From positions 13,784 through 77,783 of the forward strand of contig CADCIO010000004.1 in the NCBI GenBank assembly GCA_902801475.1: a stretch of DNA of 64,000 bases. The letters run 5' to 3'. The translations under genes and the position numbers were made by a program. Of the stretch, positions 1-9,464 are shown piece after piece; the stretch's first letter is position 1; each line of letters starts with the position of its first letter. A model generated the notes under the pieces. It did not search any database, was not told the origin of the DNA, and was given only the letters and a program-made list of their open reading frames with translations. Source of the DNA: an uncultured Bacteroidales bacterium. GTDB lineage: Bacteria; Bacteroidota; Bacteroidia; Bacteroidales; Bacteroidaceae.

Positions 1-149
1 CATGAACTGTTCCTCTCGTTGTTCCATTCTTCAGTTTGTCTTCTACCATTATATTCCCCGTTTTTGGAAAATATATAATCTGCTGGTGAGTTTTTTTGCG
101 GAAAAGGCTCATTTTTAACATATCATTTTGTATTGTGAACACTAATTCG

Positions 150-157
150 TACCTTTG
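150..157 (+). promoter_or_regulatory. Bacteroidota -7 promoter box TACCTTTG (lptF/G-like gene)
   Basis: Exact TAnnTTTG. The 20-nt string CGTACCTTTGCAGCGGATTT is identical to the one at 22195-22214. Confidence 0.55.
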
Positions 158-198
158 CAGCGGATTTAAAGTGTACGGACACACAAGTGCACGCGTAA

Positions 199-2109
199 AT
201 GAGACTCATCAAGCGATTAGACATGTTCATTCTGGGGAATTTCCTCACGCTGTTTGCAGGCACGTTCTGCATCAGCCTGTTCGTCGTCATGATGCAGTTT
301 CTGTGGAAGTACATCGATGACCTCATCGGAAAGGGACTCACGGTGGATGTCTATGTGAAGTTCTTCTTCTATGCCGCTCTGACCTTGGTTCCGATGGCGC
401 TCCCGCTGGCGATCCTGCTGGCAAGCCTCATCTCCTTCGGCAACATGGGCGAACGTCTCGAGTTACTTTCCATCAAGGCAGCAGGCATCTCGCTCATCCG
501 CACGCTCCGACCACTCATCATCCTGGTGTCGCTGATGTCGCTGACAGCCTTCCACTTCCAGAACCGGATTGTTCCCGACGCCCAGCTGAACCTCTTGCAG
601 ATGCTCACCTCCATGAAGATGAAATCGCCCGAGCTGGACATTCCCGAGGGAGTCTTCTACGACGGCATCGAGAACATCAACCTGTATGTAAGGCACAAGA
701 ACGAGGACACGGGCATGCTCTACGATGTGATCATCTACAACATGCAGGACGGAGTGAACCGTGCGCACATCATCTTGGCAGACTCTGCCCAACTGGAAAC
801 CAGCAGCGACAAGATGCACCTCCTCCTACACATGTATCAGGGGGAACAGTTCGAGAACCTCACCAGCAATGCCCTGCAGACGAGGAACGTTCCATACCGA
901 AGGGAGACCTTCGTGGAGAAGCACTTCATCATCGACTTCGACACGAACTTCAACATGGCAGACCAAGAGGATGTGGCAGGAAGTGCCCGTACGAAGACCA
1001 TCCACCAGTTGACGCACGACATCGACTCCATGCGATGCTATTACGACAGTCTCAGCGTCATCTTCTATGGTAACATGCAGCAATATGCTTTAGGCATTCC
1101 ACATAAGATCCGTCTCTCCGACTATGACTCGCTGACCATCGCCAATATGGCCGACAGCACCAAGAAGGATCTGGAGAAAGAGGAAAAGAACTATCAGGCT
1201 CTCAAGGCGAAAACCGCCTACGTCATACCCCAATCGGCTGTGAACATCGACACACTGTATGCCAAGACCAATTCGCAAGCCAGGCAGCGCATCATCATGA
1301 ATGCCCTACAGAAAGCAGGGTTTCAGGAGATGGATGCCAACAGCAAGGCTGACGTGATGGAATATGGCGACAAGCAAATCCGTCTGCACCAGATTCAGTT
1401 CTGGCAGAAAATCACGATGTCGCTGGCCTGTCTGATCTTCTTCTTCATCGGAGCGCCATTGGGTGCCATCATCCGCAAGGGAGGATTGGGTTTCCCAGTG
1501 GTGGTGGCAGTCATCATCTTCATCGCCTACTACATCATCGATACAGGAGCCATGAAGGTGAGCCGTGAGGGAGAGATACCCGTATGGTTCGGCATGTGGA
1601 TCAGTACGCTGGTCTTGGCACCTCTGGGCGTGTTCTTCACCATCAAGTCCAACAACGACTCTGCCGTGTTCAACATGGATGCCTACGTGAGTCTGTGGAA
1701 GCGGTTCTTAGGCATTCGACCCAAGCGCAACATTGTCCGCAAGGAGGTCATCATCAACGATCCCGACTATGCCGACATGCACAAGACCTTGGGTGTGCTC
1801 ATCAACACCAGCCGAGAGTATCTGGGTGCCCTACCCCGTTCGACCTTCTTCGGCTATATGAAGTACATCGTCCGCTATTGGTTCTCGAAGCGTGAGGACA
1901 TGAAGGCAGAGGGCATCAACGAGATCATGGAATACGTGGTGGATGTGCTGTCGAACAGTAAAGACCGTCAAGTGCTCAGATTGCTCAATGGTTACCCTGT
2001 GATGGAGACCCGCAACTTCCGTTTCTATCGCCGTCGCAGGAAGGACTTGCGAGCCATCACCAAGTATTCTGAGCAGATAAGAAAAGAAATAGAGAAATTT
2101 ATAAACTAA
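199..2109 (+). CDS. LptF/LptG-family (YjgP/YjgQ) LPS-export permease, long form
   Basis: 636-aa ORF. The N-terminus '[42 protein letters not shown]' and the C-terminal TM block are typical of YjgP/YjgQ permeases. A TAnnTTTG box lies upstream at 150-157. Confidence 0.8.
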   Translation: MRLIKRLDMFILGNFLTLFAGTFCISLFVVMMQFLWKYIDDLIGKGLTVDVYVKFFFYAALTLVPMALPLAILLASLISFGNMGERLELLSIKAAGISLIRTLRPLIILVSLMSLTAFHFQNRIVPDAQLNLLQMLTSMKMKSPELDIPEGVFYDGIENINLYVRHKNEDTGMLYDVIIYNMQDGVNRAHIILADSAQLETSSDKMHLLLHMYQGEQFENLTSNALQTRNVPYRRETFVEKHFIIDFDTNFNMADQEDVAGSARTKTIHQLTHDIDSMRCYYDSLSVIFYGNMQQYALGIPHKIRLSDYDSLTIANMADSTKKDLEKEEKNYQALKAKTAYVIPQSAVNIDTLYAKTNSQARQRIIMNALQKAGFQEMDANSKADVMEYGDKQIRLHQIQFWQKITMSLACLIFFFIGAPLGAIIRKGGLGFPVVVAVIIFIAYYIIDTGAMKVSREGEIPVWFGMWISTLVLAPLGVFFTIKSNNDSAVFNMDAYVSLWKRFLGIRPKRNIVRKEVIINDPDYADMHKTLGVLINTSREYLGALPRSTFFGYMKYIVRYWFSKREDMKAEGINEIMEYVVDVLSNSKDRQVLRLLNGYPVMETRNFRFYRRRRKDLRAITKYSEQIRKEIEKFIN

Positions 2110-2113
2110 AGAT

Positions 2114-3322
2114 ATGATACAGTTCAGTAAGATAGAAGAGGCTATTGAGGACTTCCGACAGGGCAAGTTCGTCATTGTAGTGGATGATGAAGACCGTGAG
2201 AACGAGGGTGACTTCATCACCCCTGCTGAGACCATCACCCCTGAGAAGGTGAACTTCATGTTGCGCGAAGGTCGTGGTGTGCTCTGTGCGCCCATCACCA
2301 TCTCGCGTGCCAAAGAACTGGATTTACCCCATCAGGTGGAAGAGAACACGTCCATGTTGGGCACACCCTTCACGGTGACCATCGACAAATTGGAAGGCTG
2401 TACGACAGGAGTGAGCGCTCACGACCGTGCTGCCACCATCCAGTGGTTGGCGAATCCAGAGGCGAAATCGAGTGATTTCGGACGTCCTGGACACATCAAT
2501 CCACTTTATGCGCAGGACAATGGTGTGCTGCGCCGCTCTGGACATACGGAAGCAGCTGTCGATTTGGCACGTCTGGCAGGACTGAAACCTGCCGCTGCCC
2601 TCATCGAGATACTCAACCCCGATGGTACAATGGCACGTATGCCCCAGCTCATCGAGAAGGCCAAGGAGTTTGGACTGAAACTCATCCAGATCAAAGACCT
2701 CATCGCCTACCGTCTGCAACGTGAGAGCTTGGTGGAGAAAGGTGTGGAAGCAGATATGCCTACCGCTTACGGACACTTCCGCATCATTCCCTTCCGTCAG
2801 AAGAGCAACGGACTGGAGCATGTCGCCCTCATCAAAGGCGAGTGGGAGAAGGATGAACCCGTGCTGGTGAGAATGCACTCCAGCTGTGCCACAGGCGACA
2901 TCTTCGCCAGTCAGCGCTGCGACTGCGGTGAACAGCTCCACAAGTCCATGCAGCTCATCGAGAAGGAGGGCAAGGGAGCAGTTGTTTACCTCATCCAGGA
3001 GGGACGTGGCATCGGCCTGATGAACAAGATTGCCGCCTATAAGTTGCAGGAACAGGGACTCGACACTGTGGATGCTAATATCCATCTGGGCTTTGACCCC
3101 GACCTCAGAGACTACGGCGTGGGTGCGCAGATTCTCAGGGAGATTGGCATCAGCAAGATTCGTCTGCTGACCAACAACCCCGTGAAGCGTGTGGGACTTG
3201 AAGGTTACGGACTCGAAATCGTGGAGAACGTGCCGATTGAAATCACTCCCAACCCCTATAACGAACGCTACCTCCACACGAAGAAGGAGCGCATGGGACA
3301 CACCTTGCATTTCAACAAGTAA
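2114..3322 (+). CDS. ribBA: bifunctional 3,4-dihydroxy-2-butanone-4-phosphate synthase / GTP cyclohydrolase II
   Basis: 402-aa ORF with an N-terminal DHBP-synthase half ('[13 protein letters not shown]') and a C-terminal GCH-II half ('[23 protein letters not shown]'). It starts 4 nt after the upstream stop. Confidence 0.92.
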   Translation: MIQFSKIEEAIEDFRQGKFVIVVDDEDRENEGDFITPAETITPEKVNFMLREGRGVLCAPITISRAKELDLPHQVEENTSMLGTPFTVTIDKLEGCTTGVSAHDRAATIQWLANPEAKSSDFGRPGHINPLYAQDNGVLRRSGHTEAAVDLARLAGLKPAAALIEILNPDGTMARMPQLIEKAKEFGLKLIQIKDLIAYRLQRESLVEKGVEADMPTAYGHFRIIPFRQKSNGLEHVALIKGEWEKDEPVLVRMHSSCATGDIFASQRCDCGEQLHKSMQLIEKEGKGAVVYLIQEGRGIGLMNKIAAYKLQEQGLDTVDANIHLGFDPDLRDYGVGAQILREIGISKIRLLTNNPVKRVGLEGYGLEIVENVPIEITPNPYNERYLHTKKERMGHTLHFNK

Positions 3323-3356
3323 CAACAACGAATTCAACAAATAAAATTCAACATAT

Positions 3357-4550
3357 ATGGAAAATCTTTCAGATCGTCTTAACAGACTTTCCCCTTCTGC
3401 CACTCTCGCAATGAGTCAGAAGAGCTCCGAGCTGAAAGCTCAGGGCGTGGATGTGATTAACCTTAGTGTCGGCGAACCCGACTTCAACACTCCCGACCAC
3501 ATCAAGGCTGCTGCCATCAAGGCAGTGGAGGAGAACTGGAGCCGCTACAGCCCAGTGCCTGGTTACCCAGAACTGAAACAAGCCATCGTGAACAAGCTCA
3601 AGAACGAGAACGGACTCGACTACAAGCCCTCTCAGATTCTCTGCTCGAACGGTGCCAAGCAGTCTGTCTGCAACACCATCATGGCGATTATCAATGCAGG
3701 TGACGAGGTCATCATCCCAGCACCTTACTGGGTGTCTTACCCTCAGATGGTGCTCCTGGCTGAAGGTACTCCTGTATTCATCGATGCACCTATCGAACAG
3801 GACTTCAAGATCACCCCAGCACAGTTGGAGGCTGCCATCACACCTAAGACCCGTGCCCTCATCCTCTGCTCACCCAGCAACCCAACCGGTTCTGTCTATA
3901 GCAAGGAAGAGCTCGAAGGACTCAAGAACGTGCTGCTGAAGCATGAGAATGTCATCGTGATTGCCGATGAGATTTATGAGCACATCAACTATGTGGGCAA
4001 GCACGCTTCAATGGCTTCGTTCGACGACATCAAGGATCGTGTGGTGGTCATCAATGGTGTGTCTAAGGCTTATGCAATGACAGGTTGGCGTATTGGTTTC
4101 ATCGCTGCTCCTGAGTGGATTGTGAAGGGCTGCAACAAGCTTCAGGGTCAGTACACCTCTGGTCCTTGCTCTGTGTCTCAGAAAGCTGCTGAAGCTGCAT
4201 TCTCTGGCGACCAGCAGTGTGTGGAGGATATGCGTCAGGCCTTCGAACGCAGAAAGAACCTCATTGTGAAACTCGCCAAGGAGATTCCTGGTCTTGAGGT
4301 GAACGACCCACAAGGTGCCTTCTACCTCTTCCCCAAGTGCTCCAGCTACTTCGGCAAGAAGGATGGCGACCGTGTCATCAACAACTCCACCGACTTCGCC
4401 ATGTACCTGCTCGAGGTGGGTCACGTAGCCACAGTGGGTGGTGATGCCTTCGGCTCTCCTGAGTGCTTCCGCATGAGCTATGCGACCAGCGATGAGAACA
4501 TCGTGGAGTCCATGAAGCGCATCAAGGAAACTTTGGCACGTCTGAAATAG
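3357..4550 (+). CDS. class I pyridoxal-phosphate aminotransferase (aspartate aminotransferase-like)
   Basis: 397-aa ORF with the PLP-lysine context 'NGVSKAYAMTGWRIGF', 'LCSPSNPTG', and a typical AspAT length. Confidence 0.85.
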   Translation: MENLSDRLNRLSPSATLAMSQKSSELKAQGVDVINLSVGEPDFNTPDHIKAAAIKAVEENWSRYSPVPGYPELKQAIVNKLKNENGLDYKPSQILCSNGAKQSVCNTIMAIINAGDEVIIPAPYWVSYPQMVLLAEGTPVFIDAPIEQDFKITPAQLEAAITPKTRALILCSPSNPTGSVYSKEELEGLKNVLLKHENVIVIADEIYEHINYVGKHASMASFDDIKDRVVVINGVSKAYAMTGWRIGFIAAPEWIVKGCNKLQGQYTSGPCSVSQKAAEAAFSGDQQCVEDMRQAFERRKNLIVKLAKEIPGLEVNDPQGAFYLFPKCSSYFGKKDGDRVINNSTDFAMYLLEVGHVATVGGDAFGSPECFRMSYATSDENIVESMKRIKETLARLK

Positions 4551-4567
4551 TTGACAATTGACAGTTT
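4551..4567. repeat. heptamer word array TTGACAA-TTGACAG-TTT filling the aminotransferase|4568 spacer
   Basis: Read directly. It is complementary (13/14) to part of the array at 6859-6884. Confidence 0.8.
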
Positions 4568-6994
4568 ATGAAGAAACTGCTAACCATAGCCCTCTTGGCA
4601 TTGGCTCTATCGGTCAATGCTCAAGAGGGTTTTGTGTCTTATACAGAGGGCGTCATCACAGCTGATTTCGTCCCTGAAGGCACCATGAAGCAAGACCTCT
4701 TGCAGATGTTGGCAGATTTCTCCACTTATATGGTCAACGACTGGCAAGAGTGTGAATATCCCAACGACCTTGGTGAGGCGTGTGGCTGTTTCAAGGGCGA
4801 GAACACGATGGCGAACGACGAACGTGGTGTGCGACCCAATGCCGACCTCTCCATGATTTGCGCTTTCTTGGTGAAGTATGGAAAGCCTACCAACGTCAAA
4901 CTGCCCGATGGGGTGAGTTGGGAGAGGCTCGAAGAATTGGCAAGGAAGTCGCTGGTCTTCGCTTATTCCACTCACAAGGCCAATCGGTTGAAAGTTTGCA
5001 AGGGCAACAACTATTGGGGTTCCACTTCCAAGTCAGATGCTGTGTGGGAGTCATCCCTCTGGGCGATGTCTGTGGCTTATTCCGCCTTCTTCCAATGGGA
5101 ACGACTCAGCGAAGCACAAAAGGGGTATGTCTATGCCCTGCTGAAGGCCGAATGCAACTACGAACTGGAACGCTCGATTCCTACCGGTTATGCTGGTGAC
5201 ACGAAAGCCGAAGAGAATGGTTGGGAGGCAGATGTATTGGCTGCCACTTTAGGACTTTTCCCCAACGACCCATTGGCACCTCAATGGTTTGAACGATTAA
5301 GGGCATTTGCCATCAACAGCTATTCACACCCCTCTGACAAAGAGAATCAGCAGGTCATCGACCCTTGGTATGACAACAAGACGGTGGCAGACCTCTATCA
5401 AGGGCAAAACCTCTACGACGACTATTCCCTCCAGAACCATAACCTCTTTCATACCTCTTACCAGAATGTGGTGATGCAGGAACTGGGCGAAGCTGCTTTG
5501 GCACTCAAGATGTTCCAACAGGGACTGTATGGGGAAGAGAAGTGGAAGACCCGTGCCCTGATGCACCACAACCAAGAGGTGCAGGACAGCATCCTCAACT
5601 GGCTCGCGCTGGCTGATGGCGAACTGGCAATGCCCAACGGCAACGACTGGAGTCTCTTCCTCTACGACCAAATCACGAGCTACACCACCCAAGCCTGTTT
5701 CCAGCGTGATCCCAATGCGTTGATGCTGGAGAATATGGCATACAAATATATCAAGGCACGTCAGAAGACCACTTCTGACGGTTCATGGCTCTTGCGTCCT
5801 GATGTAGGGGCAAGGCGTATGGGTGTGGAAGCCCATCGTGTGATGATGACTTACCTGATGCACGATGTACTTTCAACGGCAGACCTCAAACCCACCCGAT
5901 GGAAAGACTTCAACAAGACCTACAGCGAGGCAAAGATTCTTCCTTGCCAGAACATCGTACGTGCAGCTTCTGACGACCGCTTCACCTGCTTCTCTTGGAG
6001 CGAGGGCTTGAAGTCCTACACAGGTTATTTTGCTGCCAACTCCCCCGACAAGAACAAGATTGTAGTGCCCTATCGTGCCCACAACACAGGCAATTTACTG
6101 GGCTGGTACGAGGTGGAGGGTAAGAAAACAGATGCAGCACCCATTCCTAACTATCAACTCTCAACCCTCAACTGTCAACTCAGCGGCAACAGCTATGTGA
6201 TGAATGGTGAACTGAACACGAACGAAGGCACACTCAACCATCGCTTCGTCCTATACTCTACTCCCAAGAACGCCCTCATCTACCTCGACTACGTGACTGC
6301 CAACACGGATGCCACCATCACAGCAGCAAAGGGAGGCATGCTTGCCATCTCCACCGACGAGCTGATGAAGACCTCGCGTACATTATATTATAATGGGGGG
6401 AAACAGACAACGGATGGTTCGCAAATGGTCACCTTTGAAAGCAACTGGGTGAATATCGATAACGAGTTAGGAGTCATTAAAATAGTTGATAGTGGACAGT
6501 TGACAGTTGATAGTTCCATGCGGGCCATAAAGAAGCAAGGCGGTAGCCAACTATCAACTGTCAACTATCAACTATCAACTCCAATGGCTTTTGGCGATAG
6601 AAGCACCAACAATTCCATCTTCACCTCGAAGCTCTATCCCCTCTATTCCAACACCCCACGCACTGTCAAGGCAGGCGAGGTGGTTGATGCCCGCAACCTG
6701 GTCTATTACAGTCGCATCAATGCCAAGCAGACCCAGAAGATGGCATCCAAACTCGTTTCCCTGGAAGACCAGTTGCCCGAAGGTTGGAATGGTGTCATTG
6801 TACCCGATGCCGGCTGTTCCTATCTGCTCATCAGCAACTTCAAAGGCGAGAACACCATCAATTGTCAATTGTCAACTGTCAACTGGAACGACTGGAAGCC
6901 TGTCTTCCCAGAATCCACCCACATCAACAAAAATGGTTCCACTACCACATTGTCTGTGGAGCAGAACCATTCTATCGTGTTTATCCGTAGATAG
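4568..6994 (+). CDS. secreted protein of unknown function containing in-frame heptamer-repeat insertions
   Basis: 808-aa ORF with a signal peptide 'MKKLLTIALLALALSVNAQ'. The N-terminal two-thirds is Trp/Tyr-rich and helical-looking, and the C-terminal third looks like a beta-sandwich. A carbohydrate-active (lyase/hydrolase-like) fold is only a guess. The ORF reads through repeat blocks at 6149-6181, 6484-6580 and 6859-6884. Confidence 0.7.
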   Translation: MKKLLTIALLALALSVNAQEGFVSYTEGVITADFVPEGTMKQDLLQMLADFSTYMVNDWQECEYPNDLGEACGCFKGENTMANDERGVRPNADLSMICAFLVKYGKPTNVKLPDGVSWERLEELARKSLVFAYSTHKANRLKVCKGNNYWGSTSKSDAVWESSLWAMSVAYSAFFQWERLSEAQKGYVYALLKAECNYELERSIPTGYAGDTKAEENGWEADVLAATLGLFPNDPLAPQWFERLRAFAINSYSHPSDKENQQVIDPWYDNKTVADLYQGQNLYDDYSLQNHNLFHTSYQNVVMQELGEAALALKMFQQGLYGEEKWKTRALMHHNQEVQDSILNWLALADGELAMPNGNDWSLFLYDQITSYTTQACFQRDPNALMLENMAYKYIKARQKTTSDGSWLLRPDVGARRMGVEAHRVMMTYLMHDVLSTADLKPTRWKDFNKTYSEAKILPCQNIVRAASDDRFTCFSWSEGLKSYTGYFAANSPDKNKIVVPYRAHNTGNLLGWYEVEGKKTDAAPIPNYQLSTLNCQLSGNSYVMNGELNTNEGTLNHRFVLYSTPKNALIYLDYVTANTDATITAAKGGMLAISTDELMKTSRTLYYNGGKQTTDGSQMVTFESNWVNIDNELGVIKIVDSGQLTVDSSMRAIKKQGGSQLSTVNYQLSTPMAFGDRSTNNSIFTSKLYPLYSNTPRTVKAGEVVDARNLVYYSRINAKQTQKMASKLVSLEDQLPEGWNGVIVPDAGCSYLLISNFKGENTINCQLSTVNWNDWKPVFPESTHINKNGSTTTLSVEQNHSIVFIRR
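6149..6181. repeat. intragenic heptamer array AACTATC-AACTCTC-AACCCTC-AACTGTC-AACTC
   Basis: Read directly. It is translated in-frame as 'NYQLSTLNCQLS'. Confidence 0.85.
6484..6580. repeat. intragenic palindromic heptamer-array element (32-nt arms, 33-nt loop)
   Basis: Left arm 6484-6515 is AGTTGATAGTGGACAGTTGACAGTTGATAGTT. The reverse complement of the right arm 6549-6580 is AGTTGATAGTTGATAGTTGACAGTTGATAGTT. They match at 30 of 32 positions. Confidence 0.9.
6859..6884. repeat. intragenic heptamer array CAATTGT-CAATTGT-CAACTGT-CAACT
   Basis: Read directly. It is translated in-frame as 'NCQLSTVN'. Confidence 0.85.
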
Positions 6995-7006
6995 ATGCTG
7001 TAATCC

Positions 7007-7870
7007 TTATCCGTAGATAATTTTACCTGTCTCCCTATCGGTATTCTCCTCGATGAAGGACTTGTTGTACTGTGTCATACCACGCAGCGACATACCCATG
7101 TTGGAGAAACCGCCATCGTGGAAGAGGGTCTGCATGGTCACCTTCTTGGTGAGGTCTGAGAACATCACGATGCAGTAGTCAGCACACTCGTCAGCACTGG
7201 CGTTGCCCAGCGGAGACATGCGGTCTGAGAAGTCGTAGAGACCATCGAAGCCCTTGATGCCTGAACCTGCAGTAGTGTAGGTAGGCGACTGACTGATGGT
7301 GTTCACACGTACACCCTTCTCACGGCCATAGATGTAGCCGAACGAACGAGCAATAGACTCCAAAAGAGACTTGGCATCTGCCATATCATTATAACCAAAG
7401 AATGTACGATGACTTGCCACATAAGTGAGCGCCAGCACACTGGCATTATCATTCAGCGCGTCCATCTTCTTAGCCACCTGCAACATCTTGTGGAACGAGA
7501 TGGCAGAGATGTCGAGCGTCTTGTCCAAGAGACTATAGTCGAGGTCATCGTAAGTGCGCTTCTTTCTCATGTTCGCACTCATAGCGCAAGAGTGGAGCAC
7601 AAAGTCAATCTGACCACCCAATGCCTTCTGAGCCTCAGAGAAGAGCATCTCGAGGTCTTCCACACTGGTCGCGTCAGCGGCAATCACTGTCGCGTTGGTC
7701 TTCTCTGCCAGTTCCGCGATGGTACCCATGCGGCAGGCAACAGCTGTATTGGTGAGTACGATTTGTGCACCTTCTTCATAAGCACGTTCTGCCACCTTCC
7801 AAGCGATGGACTGATCGTTGAGTGCACCAAAAATGATTCCCTTTTTACCTTTCAGCAAATTGTAAGCCAT
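7007..7870 (-). CDS. fabI: enoyl-[acyl-carrier-protein] reductase (NADH), FabI
   Basis: 287-aa ORF. 'LKGKKGIIFGALNDQSIAWKVAE' is a FabI-type N-terminus, and the overall SDR-like layout fits. Confidence 0.9.
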   Translation of the reverse strand: MAYNLLKGKKGIIFGALNDQSIAWKVAERAYEEGAQIVLTNTAVACRMGTIAELAEKTNATVIAADATSVEDLEMLFSEAQKALGGQIDFVLHSCAMSANMRKKRTYDDLDYSLLDKTLDISAISFHKMLQVAKKMDALNDNASVLALTYVASHRTFFGYNDMADAKSLLESIARSFGYIYGREKGVRVNTISQSPTYTTAGSGIKGFDGLYDFSDRMSPLGNASADECADYCIVMFSDLTKKVTMQTLFHDGGFSNMGMSLRGMTQYNKSFIEENTDRETGKIIYG

Positions 7871-7919
7871 AAGATTCGTTTTTTTACCTTATTATATATT
7901 ATTCTGTGTAAATCGGGTG

Positions 7920-7927
7920 CAAAGGTA
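7920..7927 (-). promoter_or_regulatory. -7 box TACCTTTG (fabI)
   Basis: TAnnTTTG on the minus strand, ~50 nt upstream of the fabI ATG. Confidence 0.55.
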
Positions 7928-7991
7928 CGACATTTTATGCGTTTTGCCAAAAAAAACTCCCTAAATCCTTTGCCAGTTCCCCAAAAAGCGC

Positions 7992-7999
7992 TACCTTTG
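7992..7999 (+). promoter_or_regulatory. -7 box TACCTTTG (tRNA-Met)
   Basis: TACCTTTGCACTCGCTAAA lies 30 nt upstream of the tRNA. The same extended string precedes tRNA-Phe and tRNA-Glu. Confidence 0.6.
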
Positions 8000-8028
8000 C
8001 ACTCGCTAAAGCAAAAAGCCATAGCGAT

Positions 8029-8102
8029 GGCGGGGTAGCTCAGCTGGTTAGAGCGTCGGATTCATAATCCGGAGGTCGAGGGTTCGAGCCCCTCCCCCGC
8101 TA
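8029..8102 (+). tRNA. tRNA-Met (anticodon CAT); elongator type, or possibly a lysidine-modified tRNA-Ile2
   Basis: 74-nt cloverleaf read by eye: acceptor GGCGGGG/CCCCGCT, D arm GCTC..GAGC, anticodon loop TTCATAA, T arm GAGGG-TTCGAGC-CCCTC. CCA is not encoded. The anticodon stem lacks the 3 G-C pairs typical of initiator tRNA. Confidence 0.85.
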
Positions 8103-8108
8103 CAAGAC

Positions 8109-8147
8109 AAGAGGTTGCACAAACAGGTGCGACCTCTTCTTGTTTTT
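8109..8147 (+). terminator. intrinsic terminator after tRNA-Met
   Basis: 12-bp stem AAGAGGTTGCAC/GTGCGACCTCTT (one G-U pair), a 6-nt loop, then CTTGTTTTT. Confidence 0.7.
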
Positions 8148-8266
8148 ACCTCGAAGGGAGGCATCGTCATCCCTACCAGCTGGGAAAACCTGAAGAGTTG
8201 GAAGAATGGGGAGAAGGTCTATTACAAAAAATAGCAGCAAACAAGCAATAATTGGAAAAGACTTCG

Positions 8267-8274
8267 TATCTTTG
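8267..8274 (+). promoter_or_regulatory. -7 box TATCTTTG (BASS transporter)
   Basis: TAnnTTTG 20 nt upstream of the ATG at 8294. Confidence 0.5.
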
Positions 8275-8293
8275 CAGTCAAAATGGAAAGAAT

Positions 8294-9223
8294 ATGAAGA
8301 GCATTTGTAATTTCATTGCCCGATGGATGGGCGCACTGGTGCTATTGATGGCAGTTGTGGCGATATTGTGGCCTCAACCCTTCAACGATATACCGACCTT
8401 ATGGATCAACCCGATGCTGGGACTCATCATGTTTGGAATGGGTCTGACGCTGAATGTGGAGGATTTCCGGATTGTGTTCAGTCGTCCGAAGGATGTGCTG
8501 ATTGGATGTCTGGCTCAGTTCACCATCATGCCTTTGATGGCGTGGGTGTTGGCGAAGGGGTTCCAATTGCCAGATGAACTGGCACTGGGTGTCATCTTGG
8601 TGGGCTGTTGTCCTGGTGGCACAGCCTCGAACGTGATCACCTATCTGGCGAAAGGCGATTTGGCACTCTCTGTGGGTATGACAGCCTGTTCCACCCTGCT
8701 GGCTCCGCTCATGACTCCCCTCCTCACTTGGTTGATGGCAGACACGTTTGTCGACGTAGATACATGGGGGATGCTGCTATCCATCCTGTATGTGGTCATC
8801 CTACCCATCGTGGGTGGATTCCTGATACAGAAGTTCCTGCCGAAGTTCACGAAGGAAGTGGTGGCTTATCTACCCGCTTTCTCCACGTTGATGATTACAG
8901 GTGCGGTTGGCATCGTGATAGGTCATAATGCAGGAAAGCTGCTGAGTGGGGGAATGATTGTCATCCTCGTGGTGATGCTTCATAACCTCAGTGGACTGGC
9001 TTTGGGTTATGGTCTTGGCCGTCTGCTTCGACTGTCCCATCCCAAACGTACTGCCATCAGCATCGAGGTGGGTATGCAGAACAGCGGCTTGGCTTGTTCA
9101 CTGGCTGCGACACACTTTGCCGCTTCACCTATGGCCACTATCCCAGGCGCCATCTTCAGTGTATGGCACAACATCAGCGGCGCGCTGGTGGCGAAGCTGT
9201 ATGCGATGAGAAGTGAGAAGTAA
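8294..9223 (+). CDS. bile acid:sodium symporter (BASS) family transporter
   Basis: Multi-TM protein with '[29 protein letters not shown]' and '[10 protein letters not shown]', typical of the BASS/SBF family. The start was moved to the ATG at 8294 because the -7 box at 8267-8274 lies inside the longer ORF. Confidence 0.85.
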   Translation: [309 protein letters not shown]

Positions 9224-9255
9224 GAGGGAAGAGGGAAGAAGTAAGAAGTAAGAGG
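9221..9255. repeat. five heptamers TAAGAGG-GAAGAGG-GAAGAAG-TAAGAAG-TAAGAGG starting at the stop codon of the BASS gene
   Basis: Read directly. Confidence 0.85.
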
Positions 9256-9373
9256 TTACACGGACTTTCATTTTTGAAACATCGTGGCATATAGGTCACG
9301 TTGTTCTCTCAAGGATTAATTTGAGCGGAGGGTGCTTTGCAAGTCTCTGATAGAGAGACTGCTATAAATATCT

Positions 9374-9439
9374 TGTGAACTTTTTGTGAACTTTTTTCTG
9401 GCTCCTCATGAAAATGTGAACTTTTTGTAAACTCATTTT
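9374..9439 (+). promoter_or_regulatory. direct repeats TGTGAACTTTTT (x3 plus a degenerate TGTAAACTCATTTT) upstream of the DUF4419-like gene
   Basis: Copies start at 9374, 9385, 9415 and 9426, so each pair is spaced by 11 bp. They lie just upstream of the -7 box at 9465. Confidence 0.5.
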
Positions 9440-9464
9440 CTTGGTATTTTGAGGACGAAAGGCG

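Noticed and set aside
1-198. A possible minus-strand gene start at the left window edge (CAT at 1-3).
   Set aside because: Any such gene would lie outside the window, so nothing can be supported from the visible sequence.
2110-2113. FMN riboswitch upstream of ribBA.
   Set aside because: Only 4 nt separate ribBA from the preceding stop codon, so there is no room for a riboswitch.
2324-3403. Long ORFs antisense to well-supported genes: 2324..3403, 7409..8038, 12521..13390, 17843..18604, 31166..32140, 33974..34735, 38668..39435, 41892..42584, 55848..56681, 57801..58904, 60950..61588, 61942..62571 and 62632..63180.
   Set aside because: Each lies entirely opposite a gene with strong family motifs. 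Their translations are low-complexity (H/R/L/V-rich) with no recognisable domains. They are shadow ORFs expected from codon bias.
6981-7019. A 13-bp direct repeat TTATCCGTAGATA x2 (6981-6993 and 7007-7019) at the convergent ends of the 808-aa gene and fabI, considered as a target-site duplication.
   Set aside because: The repeats flank only 13 bp, with no element between them. It is more simply a local duplication of the fabI 3' end that now provides the stop of the 808-aa ORF. It remains a curiosity only.
8029-8102. tRNA-CAT considered as an initiator tRNA-fMet.
   Set aside because: Positions 1-72 can pair (G-U), and the anticodon stem lacks the three consecutive G-C pairs typical of bacterial initiators. 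I cannot distinguish elongator Met from lysidine-modified Ile2.
8252-8293. N-terminal extensions of tracked ORFs (8252, 12338, 16709, 30032, 38121..38011, 45914..45717).
   Set aside because: For 8252, 12338 and 16709, an internal ATG gives a canonical signal peptide or family N-terminus. For 30032 and 45914, the extension overlaps the upstream gene. For 8252 and 38121, a TAnnTTTG promoter box lies inside the extension.
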